This document shows positions 53,408 to 64,000 of a DNA stretch of 64,000 nt, piece by piece. Under the pieces are notes generated by a model. The model had not been told where the DNA came from and searched no databases. It saw only the letters and a program-made list of their open reading frames with translations. The translations under genes were made by a program, and so were the position numbers. This stretch comes from Paragordius varius (Eukaryota > Animalia > Nematomorpha), in the NCBI GenBank assembly GCA_964247055.1, contig OZ176052.1, forward strand, positions 4,898,001-4,962,000, given 5' to 3'. Each line of letters opens with the position of its first letter. Position 1 is the first letter of the stretch.

Positions 53408-56400
53408 ATTAAAAATTTAGAACATACTAGTCAAAACTTTGCAAATCTAAAGATACAATTATTATATATAATTTATAGGCTATCCTTCAATGAGCCTCAC
53501 TTATAAAGTAGTGGGTCTAAAAAGCGAAAATCAAAGTAAATAAAGTTTCATAAATATTTTAATATGGTGGTACATTAAAATATTTAAAAGCATAAAAGAT
53601 GCTTAGTTTTTGCACAGCCGCTTCCTAGCTTTCTCTATTAATAACATTTGATGAACCCGTTCAGTATCTGAGATGGAGAAATTGAATAAAAGCGCTCTAA
53701 ATAAAAGATAGAAAAATTCAAAACAATTTAAATGTAAAAATTAAATTTATAATAAAATAACAAAATTTAATGTTATGATTAAAAAAAATGTTTTTTGTTT
53801 TACCATCGAGCGGGTTGATCACACGGATTAAATATAAAAAAGCTAAGAAGTTAGTGTGCAAAAATAAGCTCTTTTCAAAATTATAGAAAAATCTTGTGAA
53901 TTAATTTTGGCATTTCAGCTATTATAAATGTCGAAGCTTATTAAAACGAGATTATATATAATCTATTTTATAAACATTATTATTGGTTCACAAAGTTTTT
54001 GTCTTTTCGATTCACAAATAATAATTTGATAAAAATTCTTAAAAACAGCTGACTTCTAATCATTTTTTTAGTTTTTTCCATATATGCAACTTAGTTTCCA
54101 TATTTCTTTTCAAATTTCCAAAACTGGTGAATATCTCGGCCCAAACAAAGATAAAAAACCACATTACTGACCCTAATGCTGGCAAACTATTCAGCATATT
54201 TAATATATTTGTGCGCGAAAACAAATTAAAAGACTAGTATAACAAGTTATGTATTTACCAGAGCTCAAATCCGCTTTCGTTCAACCAGTATTCGTTTTTA
54301 TTCTAATCGGTTTCTAATGGTTCCTAATATATAAAGTGATTTTTTCGTTTGGTGAATTTGATGGTGAAGGAATATGTGATATTTTTATTTCGCAATATAT
54401 GTACGCAAACTTAAAATAAGATATATTTATAAAAAATTTAGTAAACCCCACAATAATACACCTAGACTTAAAGTGCATAATATTAATAAACATGAAGTTC
54501 AGAAATAATATATTCATCAGGAAAAATTTATTATGTGAAACCAAATGTCTAAAGATTACAGACTAATCCATTTTTGGGAATGTTAGTATTTATCTAGTAA
54601 CTAGTTACTGTAAAAGTTGTATATACCAAAAGATCTGCTGTAAAATTATTGGTTTTTTCGCAACAAAAACTATATTGCCCTGACGAAGCATGGCTTATAT
54701 GCACACGCTATTTTAAACATTCTTATATTTATAAAATTTATCCAATAATAAAAACAATTTTTACTTTTGAATATATCTTCAAATTAAATGTTTTTTTTCC
54801 TATGTAATAAAAAACTAAAAAAGTGTATTTTATTTTAGACAATTAATACAAATTAATATTCCAAATATGTTTTTATGGTACTAAATTGGATTAATAATTT
54901 CAAAAAAGTGCGCTACACACAAGTTTTTTTGTAATATGCATACATTTTGACTAAAAATAAATACATCCATCTATCTTCATAGAAAAAACCTATTGAACAC
55001 GCTCTGTATATGTAAACATCGCTACCAATTTATAGATTTTCAACGTAATTTATTATTATGAGCAATATTTTTATGCCTCTTTCGCTTCTCATAAATCTTA
55101 TGTTTATATGAAATATAAACATATCTTGAGAAGTGGATTTGAAAAATTGTTTGGTTTGGTGAACCAAAAAAATGATCAATAAATAGAATCCGTGTTGCAA
55201 TATTTTATTTACATATAAAAAACGCATTTTTTTATCATATCGCGCACGTTCTGCAAATCTAATTATATGAACACGTTAATGTCTAGTAAAAAAACGTTAG
55301 TCGTGATTTATTATTCCAAAAATCACTCTATATCCTTTGATGATGTAAGGAACACATAAATATCGAAATTGTTAAACCGAAATATCATATTTTTTCGACA
55401 CACAAAAAGATGTAATCACTACCATCGGTTGAACAATTGACGATATTTATTTCAAATTCCGTAATTCAACATAAACTCCAAAGTAAATTCTTTTCATTTG
55501 CATATTTACATTTAGGCTATTCTTAATATGTCTGTATATTTATTACCTATCATTTTGGTGTAATTATCGACCGAACTTTCCAACTCGCACATATGTTAGG
55601 CATACTCCAGAAACTGCATATGTTTCGATCCTCCTGAGCAGACGAGTGTTACAACTTTCATGGGTCCGTATTAATATTTAATTTATTACCCTTTATAAGG
55701 ACAAAATAGACTATAGAGAAAACCATTTATTTTGACGTATTGGCAGAGGAGTTGGGGCCTTAAAATTATACTGAGCATGCTTAAAACTCCTTAAAATACA
55801 CACATGATCACTCTCAGCTCTAAGCAGGTGAGTATGTAATACCTAGGTTCAACACTTAATCCTTTAAGTTTTATGAATAAGGGAAAACTATATTTTTACC
55901 AATTTGTAATCTAACTAAATCACTTTGATAATAATATCCGATTAAATTAAATCTTTTTATTATTATAGCTAAAACTTGGGAATAAATTCACCACTAATAA
56001 GCAAATATAAATTTAAAAAGTACAAAAAATATTTTATAATTTAGAAATTCTCTTGATTATTGTATTAAACAATTATACACCAAATCAGGCTATTCATTCA
56101 TCACATGAGTGTGCTAGCAGAGCTTTCACTTTTTTACCATCACAAATGGGGATAATGGTTGTTACGGTTTTTTACTTTAGTTTCAGTAATTAAGGATTTA
56201 AGTTTCCCATGATAATGATAACTTTGTAATTTTAAAAAGTTTATTTAAAATAAAAATAATTATTAAATTTATTTATTTATTACGATTGTTTGTTTTAGGG
56301 TTCTCATGTAAAAAATATATTTAAATGTGTCATCATCCCCTTAATTTCTTAACATCTAATTGAAAGCACGGATTGATGCCAATTTAATTTTAAATGGTAA

Positions 56401-56716
56401 AATAGTTTTTAATTGGCAAAAAACATATAGTATAAATAAATATGGTTTCGGAATTGAAGTTTTGCATACATTAAATTTTCTATATAACGGTAAAGTAAAC
56501 GAAAATAAAGCATGTGGAATTTAAAATGGATTCAGATCGAAATTGGGATAAAACTTAAATAAATTATAAATGGAAAATATCTTCTCTAACCGCTTAGTGT
56601 GGGTTTAAGGTTATCATCCAAAAACACGATATAAATAACAACGTGAAAAAGTAAAATGGGGGAAAAATTAAAAAGATTACAGTATGAGTAAGTATACATT
56701 ATTTTTTAATTAGATA

Positions 56717-57774
56717 CTAGCGTAAATCTCGTGCCGCAGCACGAGGAAGTCCTTCGGACTTCTGGGGGGGTTGGGGGCTATTTGAAATAAGGGACAATAA
56801 AATGATCCACATATGTGGATTATTTCGAAACATTTAAATATGATTTTATAGGAATTTTAAAACGGTGCATTCATACTAATATATCGTTTACTTGGGGAAA
56901 AATAGATTTAAAAATTTTTGTGGACTGTTTTTTGAAAAAAATGGCATTTTACGGGGGTAGCGGGTAAAAAGAGGGCCTAAATCAAAAAAGTGAGTCGACT
57001 ATGTTCGGCGCGATCAAAAATAAGTAAACAAAAATCATATTTGAAATTGAATGGTCCAACACGTTCTCCGGAAAATTGTCTCAACCTGTTTTTTACACGG
57101 GGTAGGCCCGAACTGGGGACCTAATTCCAAAAAAGGGCGAAACTATTGTCGGGACATTTGTTAATGATTATATTTTTTCGATATTTGGATTTGATTGAGT
57201 TCACCGGTTTTCCGGAAACAGATCACAAAGTTACATGAAAAATCAGTTTTTAGCGGGTAGCTACTTACCCAGCAGCTATCATCAAATAAACGGTAGACTA
57301 AAATTTTTGCCTTTTAACAGGGAATACGTGGAATCCATATTAAATTTTTACGGTCTCATACCTAGGGCGAAAAATCGATTTAAAAAAATATTTTTGTGGA
57401 CTTTGTTTTTTGAAAAAAATGGCATTTTACGGGGGGAGCGGGTAAAAAGAGGGCCTTAATCAAAAAAGCGAGACGACTATGTTCGGCATAATCGAAAATA
57501 AGTAAACAAAAATTATATTTGAAATTGAATGGTTCAACACGTTCTTCAGAAAATTGTCTCAAAGACACGTTTTTGTGGACTTCTCTTTTCAAAAAAAACC
57601 GTTTTTCACACGAGGTGGGCCCGAACTGGGAGCATATTTTAAAAAAAGGGCGAAGGTATTGTCGGGGCATTCATTAATGATTATATTTTTTCGAAGTTTG
57701 AATTTGAATGGGTCTGCCGGTTTTCCGGTACCATATCACAAAGCCAGCATTTTCCATTTTTATAAATATATAGA
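56717..57774 (-). mobile_element. Complete non-autonomous Helitron (~1.06 kb)
   Basis: On the minus strand the 5' end is A|TCTATATATTTATAAAAATG and the 3' end has hairpin CTCGTGC-tgcg-GCACGAG, 7 nt, then CTAG|T. It is inserted at an AT dinucleotide with no TSD, which are the diagnostic Helitron ends. Confidence 0.85.
56901..57744. repeat. Diverged tandem duplication inside the Helitron (two ~330-370 bp units, period ~470 bp)
   Basis: tttttgtggact..ttttttgaaaaaaatggcattttacggggg.agcgggtaaaaagagggcct.aatcaaaaaag.gag.cgactatgttcggc... occurs at ~56915-57230 and again at ~57390-57744. Confidence 0.92.
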
Positions 57775-58459
57775 TTACTAGATAGAACATACAGCAAAGA
57801 GAATTATTATTGAAAAGTGAAAAATATAACTATAGGTCAATCATATTGCCCTTTACTAAATTTGCTATCTGGCAATATAAATAACAAATTAGCATGTACC
57901 GACTTTTGTATCAAAAGATATAATTATAATTGAAAGAAGAGAAAAAGCTAAAGCGCCGAAAAAGGAATGATTGATCAATTATTGTATTAATATGATCAAT
58001 AATAATTTGCGTGCTTCCCTGGGCAGGTGAATTTTAACCAGTTTAGCAATACAAAATAAGTTCTTGCCATTTAAATTGAAATTAATACCTAACCTAAATT
58101 TAATGGTATTTTTCTTACAAATTGTATGTCTATATGAACAATTATTTTTATATTTTTAATAAAACATTTTCAAAACCACTATTCATTTTTCTCCTTCTGC
58201 AAGCAAAAATGACCAATATTATATTAAATACCATGATAATGATTTAAAAATATACCTCATTAATATAAATGACTTTTAAAATCTACAGGTCCACACAGAC
58301 AACTTTTATTTATTAAATTTGCGTTATTTTTTTTGCATTTATATTTGGAACATACGAACGCATTTTAATATTTAGGACATTTAATAATTAATGGAACCCT
58401 ATGGATATAAAATCCTTATTAGTCAACTCAACGGCGGCTAGTGGGATTCATGTGTCGCT

Positions 58460-61400
58460 ATGTCAGACTTGGATGCTTTGACAACTCATTTTTTGAATAA
58501 AGGGATCCCATCATACGTCTCAATAATATTTCTTGTGATTGGATGTGTCCTCGCCCTACTAATTATAATGGTCACATTGATATACTTTAAATTTAAGGCA
58601 AAACAACTGTCCAAACTAAAAAAGTATGTGTTTGTTCCTAATTAAGATAAAAGATTATAGCACAGTGCGGTAAAAAAGGTGTTGTATTATCTATATTATA
58701 AACACGGTTAAAATTATGATTTAAAAATTTTGATTTTTGTTATTAGTCCTAATCGGCAAAATCAATAATTAAGGAAAGCAGAATAAAAAAAATTAAGTTA
58801 TATTTTCAGTAAAGAGCCAAAAAAGTAGGTTAAATCGCACTTTGGCGTGAAATGTGAACCAATCTAATGATTCTTGGGCGTAAAAATTTTCTGAAAAACT
58901 GGTCGGTAAATATTTTTAACATGTAAAAAAGTATTTCATAGTAAATTTAGGGTTCAAAATTAAAATTTCTATAATATTTAAACATTTCAGCTTTTTCTTA
59001 TATCGCATAGAAATTATTTTTACGCGTTATCTTACTATATAAAATAACACTGGACAACAAATTTTTCTGCCACTCGAGTTTTTTGCATTTTCTGATATTT
59101 AGTATCATTTTAACAGTAAATCTGAAATAAAAATTATAACTCGTTAAAAGAATTTTGTATAATTTGATTTTTTTCGATTATGCGCCCTTTTTATCAAAAT
59201 TTTACTACAAAATGTTTTTCTTTGAAAATATACAAGTAATGCCCATTTGTAATATATCATTCGAAAGAGTAATAAAAACTCTATAAAATGCATACTAATA
59301 TGTATTACATCGACAGTTAATATTGGACACAGAGAGCGACAAACGCGCGAAGCGAGAGCATTTTTTTTAATTATTATTTTTTTAAAACTACTGGATTAAA
59401 ATAGCTCAACCTTTGTCTAGATGGTGATGAATGTCCAAAAAAGATAACACAAGAAGTTTTATTGATTAAAACATTTTTTATTGCTTTTATGACACTCAAA
59501 ACAGCCATTTTTAAATTTTTTTGTTTTTTAAAAATTACCATCTCATCAATATTAATTTATTTTCTTTACGAGGCTGATAATTTCGAAATTTTAAAGATTA
59601 AAACAAAGTTTAAGGTATTTTTGATCTTTTATAGCCATTATGTAATAAATTTACAGTTATAACTATACATTTTAGTATCCACTAGGTAAAATATTTATGA
59701 TAATAATAATTTTTATTAAAAAAGCAAACCAAAAGCTTTTTCAAACATTTTTTTTAAATTAAATACTAATGTAACCCTAATAATTATTTTAAAATATTTA
59801 TATGATTTCCAAATTAGTTTGTCTGTGAAAATTCTTGACTTATTTAAGGATTGAAAATTTCGACCATTTAAATCTAAATAACTTTTACATACGATTGATT
59901 TAAATGACTTACTACCATTTAAAAGATGCAGTTTTTTGCGCTCATTCGAATGATATAAAATACATGGCTTCATATGTAAAACTTTTAATTTTCGAAATTT
60001 CGAGTTTAATGTTAAATCGGGGCCAAAAATTATCGATAAACTCTAATATAAAAAAATTCTTGCATGCTAGATCAATTTTCTTTTCAGATATACTAATTAT
60101 GTACTTTAATAAAATAAATTTAACATTTACAAGAATGGCAGTTAAAAAAAGTTAAAATTTGTTTTCTAGTGTTATATAAATTAAATCACATGTTTGCATT
60201 TTTCAATGTGTATCCAGCCATTTTAAATATTATTATAAATATTTCAAAAACTTTATAAACATAAACCTTGATAATATTATTTTGTTTTTGATAATCCATA
60301 TGATACATAATACGCATATTTAGCTGACGGGTTGTCAACTGTAATTAAATGGCTGCGTAAAATGCGATTTTAAGCTTTCAGCTAATAGCAGAATAAATGA
60401 AATAACTTTTTACTTGTTTTATCATATTTTTCAAAGCTATAATTTATTAATGAAAAAGCCTAAAATTTAACATTAAAAAATCCTAAAGTAAAAAGCCGAT
60501 AGAATGTCATTAAGATAACCAGATTTATGTAGCTATTACATTAAAACAATTATAATTAATAGTTTTTGTTAATTGTAAGGAAGTTTTTTATAAATTGTAA
60601 ATATCATCAGAGATTTAATTTTAGCTAAATTTTACCTATTATATTTTTGAGAAGATTAGCTACGTAGGGATATTTTGGCACATTAATATTCTAAGGTTGT
60701 AACCAAAAATCAAAAATAAACCAATTAAATCTAAAAAACTGAAAAATTAATTGCATTGGTATAAATTCCACAACCTATTTTTGGTAACTCTTTAAGCTTT
60801 TGTTACTAAAGAATACACGTCATAAATTCTGTCATAGAAAAGAGTGTTTTTTGTTTTTACATAAAATATTATAAATTACGATCAAAAAAGTCAGGTTGTC
60901 AACTTGTCCAACCTATTATAACATCTATCATATGCCAATGTCAGTAGTATTTGCCAATTATAATGAGAGTTTTATTAAGATTTATTATCTCCAAAATAAT
61001 TATATATAATATAAAATTGATATATTTATTTATTTATTATAATGCAGGAAACAAGTTACATATTTTACAGCATCTCGTGAAAATTTAAGCCTCACAACGA
61101 ACCCTCATCACCAACAAAATGTCATTACATATAATGATGATAGATTTGGTACAACCAGTGCAAAACCAAATGTATCAAATACACGCAAAGCACCTCAAAA
61201 TGTTACTACAGTAACACCTAAAGAAAAAAATGAGATGACCATAAAACAACTCTCTTTTACCAATGACAAAAGTCAAATTGAAAATGACAAAGACACTGAA
61301 AAGAAATCACTACAAAATGAAACTAAAGACTCCTTAGATTATATCAATCATGATAATACACAATTTGACACTAAGAGTCATGCCTTAGGACCAGATACAC

Positions 61401-63454
61401 AAACTACTGTTATTTGCACAGAAGCAATTGAAAGCTCACAAAACTTAAATAATGTAATAGTTGTTACTACCAGCAATAAAATACCAACTTCAACAAGGAC
61501 TCAAACAACCAACTCACCATTTTCACACAGAGTTAGCCAAGATCAATATAATAAAATTTTAGTCAGCTCGCAATTCAACGAAACAAGCAATATTCATACC
61601 AACAAAACTGAAACATTAACTCAAGTTTTTGCTCATCCAATGATGCATGATGATAGAAATCTAAATAGTCATAACACACAAAATGTTAACGGCAATACAG
61701 AAAAGGGACCTCAATCATTAATGTCATCCAATTTAGTACCAACCACAAAAACAACAACATCTAATTACGAAAATGTAAATTCTCACGCTAATTCAAAGAC
61801 CAAGAAAAACAGCAAAAAACCTACTGCTCAACAAAGCAATAACAAAAGATTCGGGAATGACACCACAAAAAGCAGTAATAAGTTAAAAATTCCATTAGTT
61901 TGCAAAGGTGCTGGTAATTATAAAAAAACGAATAATAACAAGAAAAATAATGACAGTAATGGAATTACGCATGATTTTAATAGCATTGAAATGGAAACTT
62001 CAGGCGTTTTTGCAGCCATGGAAAATGTTACTAATCGCATCATCAAAGAAATGTAATAAACTTAACATTCACTAAAATCTATTTATGCCAAGTATAAAAT
62101 AGAATATGCGATTATTGTAATTAAATTTTGAAACCTACCAAAAACACTTTTTATGAAAAAAATGTAATATATATATATATATAATTTAAGAAAGCTCTTA
62201 GGGGGGATATGGTCATAATAATCACCTCATTAGTAAATCATAATTATTATTTTTAAGCATTTTTTCTAAACTATTATTGATATGCGTAATATAGATAATA
62301 TTGAAATTAACGTTTAAAAAGTAAAAAAACACTTTTCCTAAAAACTTTAAGGGTGACATGGTCAAAATTTACTCTATAGTTTTTTATATTTAATAATTGT
62401 TGATTGCTAATAAAAAGGGAATGTCAAAACCCGTATAGTGAAGCAACTATATGTAGTACCTTAGATGATACCAGTATGAATAATATATATAACGAATCCA
62501 TCTATGATTTAACATGCTCTCCTTCAAACGATCATTATATAGTATGCAATTCTCCCAATATATCACAACCATTTCACCCCGATATAGAATTGCAATCTGA
62601 GCGACCAATATCTACGGAAATCGAAACCAATAATTTCGGATTTTTTAAGTAATAATATACGTTTTTTTCGGTATCAAATAATGGATATTACTCTGTATTG
62701 ATCAATGTTGTGTTTAAAATCTGTATATTAAACAAATTCTATACGCTTAAATATAATGGTTAAATAGATTTTTATAAAAATTATTGTAAAAAATGGCTGA
62801 ATACTATTAATTTTACAAAAAATATGTGTAAACTATTCAGAAATCATATTATGTGACTATTTGACATAAAACATAATGATATAAGCTTAATTCATTATAA
62901 ATTGTTAAAAATCTTACGGCATTTAATTTATTATTTCCTGGATTAGTTGGGTAACAAACAAGCTAACAAATCATTGATTGTGCTCAAAAAATATTAATTT
63001 TAACAACCGTCATAACCCTTTGTGATATTTGATTTAAAATATTATATATATCTAATTATAGTACTTAAGCTAAAAGTTAAAACAGATCTTTATATCCAAT
63101 ATATTTTATACATATTCTTATGATTTCTTTTGTTTTAGATGGCATGACACAAGATCCCCCTTTACAAATACATTACTTCCCATAATATCCATTCCCTCAA
63201 GCAAAAGTTTTCAAAGTGAAGACATAAAAAGCATGTCTCCAAACATTACATTGAATTTACATGAAGATGCTCCAATCATATCAGCTGATCTGGTAGATCA
63301 CAGTTCTCCCTTTTCAAGCACATCAAATTTATTGTTGTTTGATCAAACACCCCAAACTTCCAAGTTTTCACCGACCGCTCGTTTTCTAAATCAGAAAAAT
63401 TTACAGAGCGTTCATAGCTTACCAGGTATAATTGATTTTTCGATCGGTTATTAA
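58460..63454 (+). CDS. Orphan single-pass membrane protein with a long Thr/Ser/Asn/Lys-rich cytoplasmic tail
   Basis: Exon 58460-58623 has a hydrophobic helix (VSIIFLVIGCVLALLIIMVTLIYF) followed by a basic stop-transfer stretch (KFKAKQLSKLKK). Phase-2 GT-AG junctions link 61048-62052, 62418-62648 and 63139-63454, each in frame with a listed ORF (61235, 62404, 63233). Confidence 0.75.
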
Positions 63455-64000
63455 ACCGCAACTAATAGCGATGGAACACCTTAACATTTATGTACTATTA
63501 GGCTTTTTAGTGCACAGTTTTATTTTTTGAAAATATACATCCAAACTTTTGGTTTGTTTCGTTTATAATGATTTTATAGAGTTATGTGATTAATGTGAAA
63601 AATTTTTAATATTTCCCAACCATATATTTTCAACAATCAAATAATATTTGCAACAATCCAAATATGTTACCCAATAATATTTGAATGCTTCCAATAATCA
63701 AATCTTTTTCCAACAATAAATAATTTTTTATTTTTTTCAAGCACCGATTAATCACCATCATTTATTTAAAGGGTTAGAGGATCATCAGCGATTTTTTTGC
63801 TTAAAAGCGAGGTCGTCTTCCGTTTATGTGGATATTTTATTTCTCTAAATGCAGTTTATAATAAATTTAAGATCAATGAAGTAATCAACATTCTCACTCT
63901 CAATTTTATTTTCAATCATATTTCAAAAACTAAATTATAAATTAAATATTAAAATAGTATACCGTTGTTACATATTTTAAAGTAATTAATAATATTTGAT

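Noticed and set aside
55770-55840. U1 snRNA-like 5' end (ATACTCACCTG...TGATCA) on the minus strand
   Set aside because: The distance to an Sm-like site is about half that of U1, stem-loops I-II do not pair, and it is part of a dispersed repeat.
57235-57781. Three overlapping short ORFs (57235, 57380, 57554) as genes
   Set aside because: They fall inside the Helitron tandem units, which are less AT-rich and so give longer chance ORFs; no domain is recognisable.
58391-58459. Stop-codon readthrough or recoding of the in-frame TAG upstream of the membrane-protein ATG
   Set aside because: One in-frame stop is easily explained by a uORF or an acceptor AG; other genes here use TAA, TAG and TGA as normal stops.
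878-63461. Most 60-110 aa ORFs in the supplied track (e.g. 1524, 2179, 3289, 14307, 14855, 16658, 20128, 24349, 31133, 42882, 43692, 44366, 59462-60155, 63276)
   Set aside because: They are antisense shadows of real exons or AT-rich chance frames, many with non-ATG starts, and show no recognisable motifs.

Overview
Very AT-rich eukaryotic (metazoan) genomic DNA with intron-containing genes and no prokaryotic features. By splicing exons by hand I can support: TM9SF3 (minus, 3' end cut by the window edge), a BTB/BACK-type gene with no Kelch repeats that I can find, SUDS3/SDS3, ornithine carbamoyltransferase (OTC, minus), an ADAMTS-type zinc metalloprotease, an intronless 697-aa orphan (minus), FARSA (minus) head-to-head with a PRA1-family gene (ARL6IP5/PRAF3-like), and an orphan single-pass membrane protein with a long Tyr-motif-bearing tail. 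Introns run from 24-36 nt micro-introns to kb-size introns filled with MITEs (hAT/Buster-like, Tc1/pogo-like, and a TA-flanked family with subterminal repeats); a complete non-autonomous Helitron lies between genes. High AT, micro-introns and a metazoan gene set suggest a reduced, probably parasitic invertebrate such as an orthonectid; this is inference only. The strongest observations are a textbook U12-type AT-AC intron in SUDS3, a probable non-canonical 24-nt GT-TG intron that OTC needs to stay in frame, and two divergent housekeeping genes whose start codons are only 46 bp apart. All gene models are manual, and family assignments rest on recalled motif similarity, not database searches.
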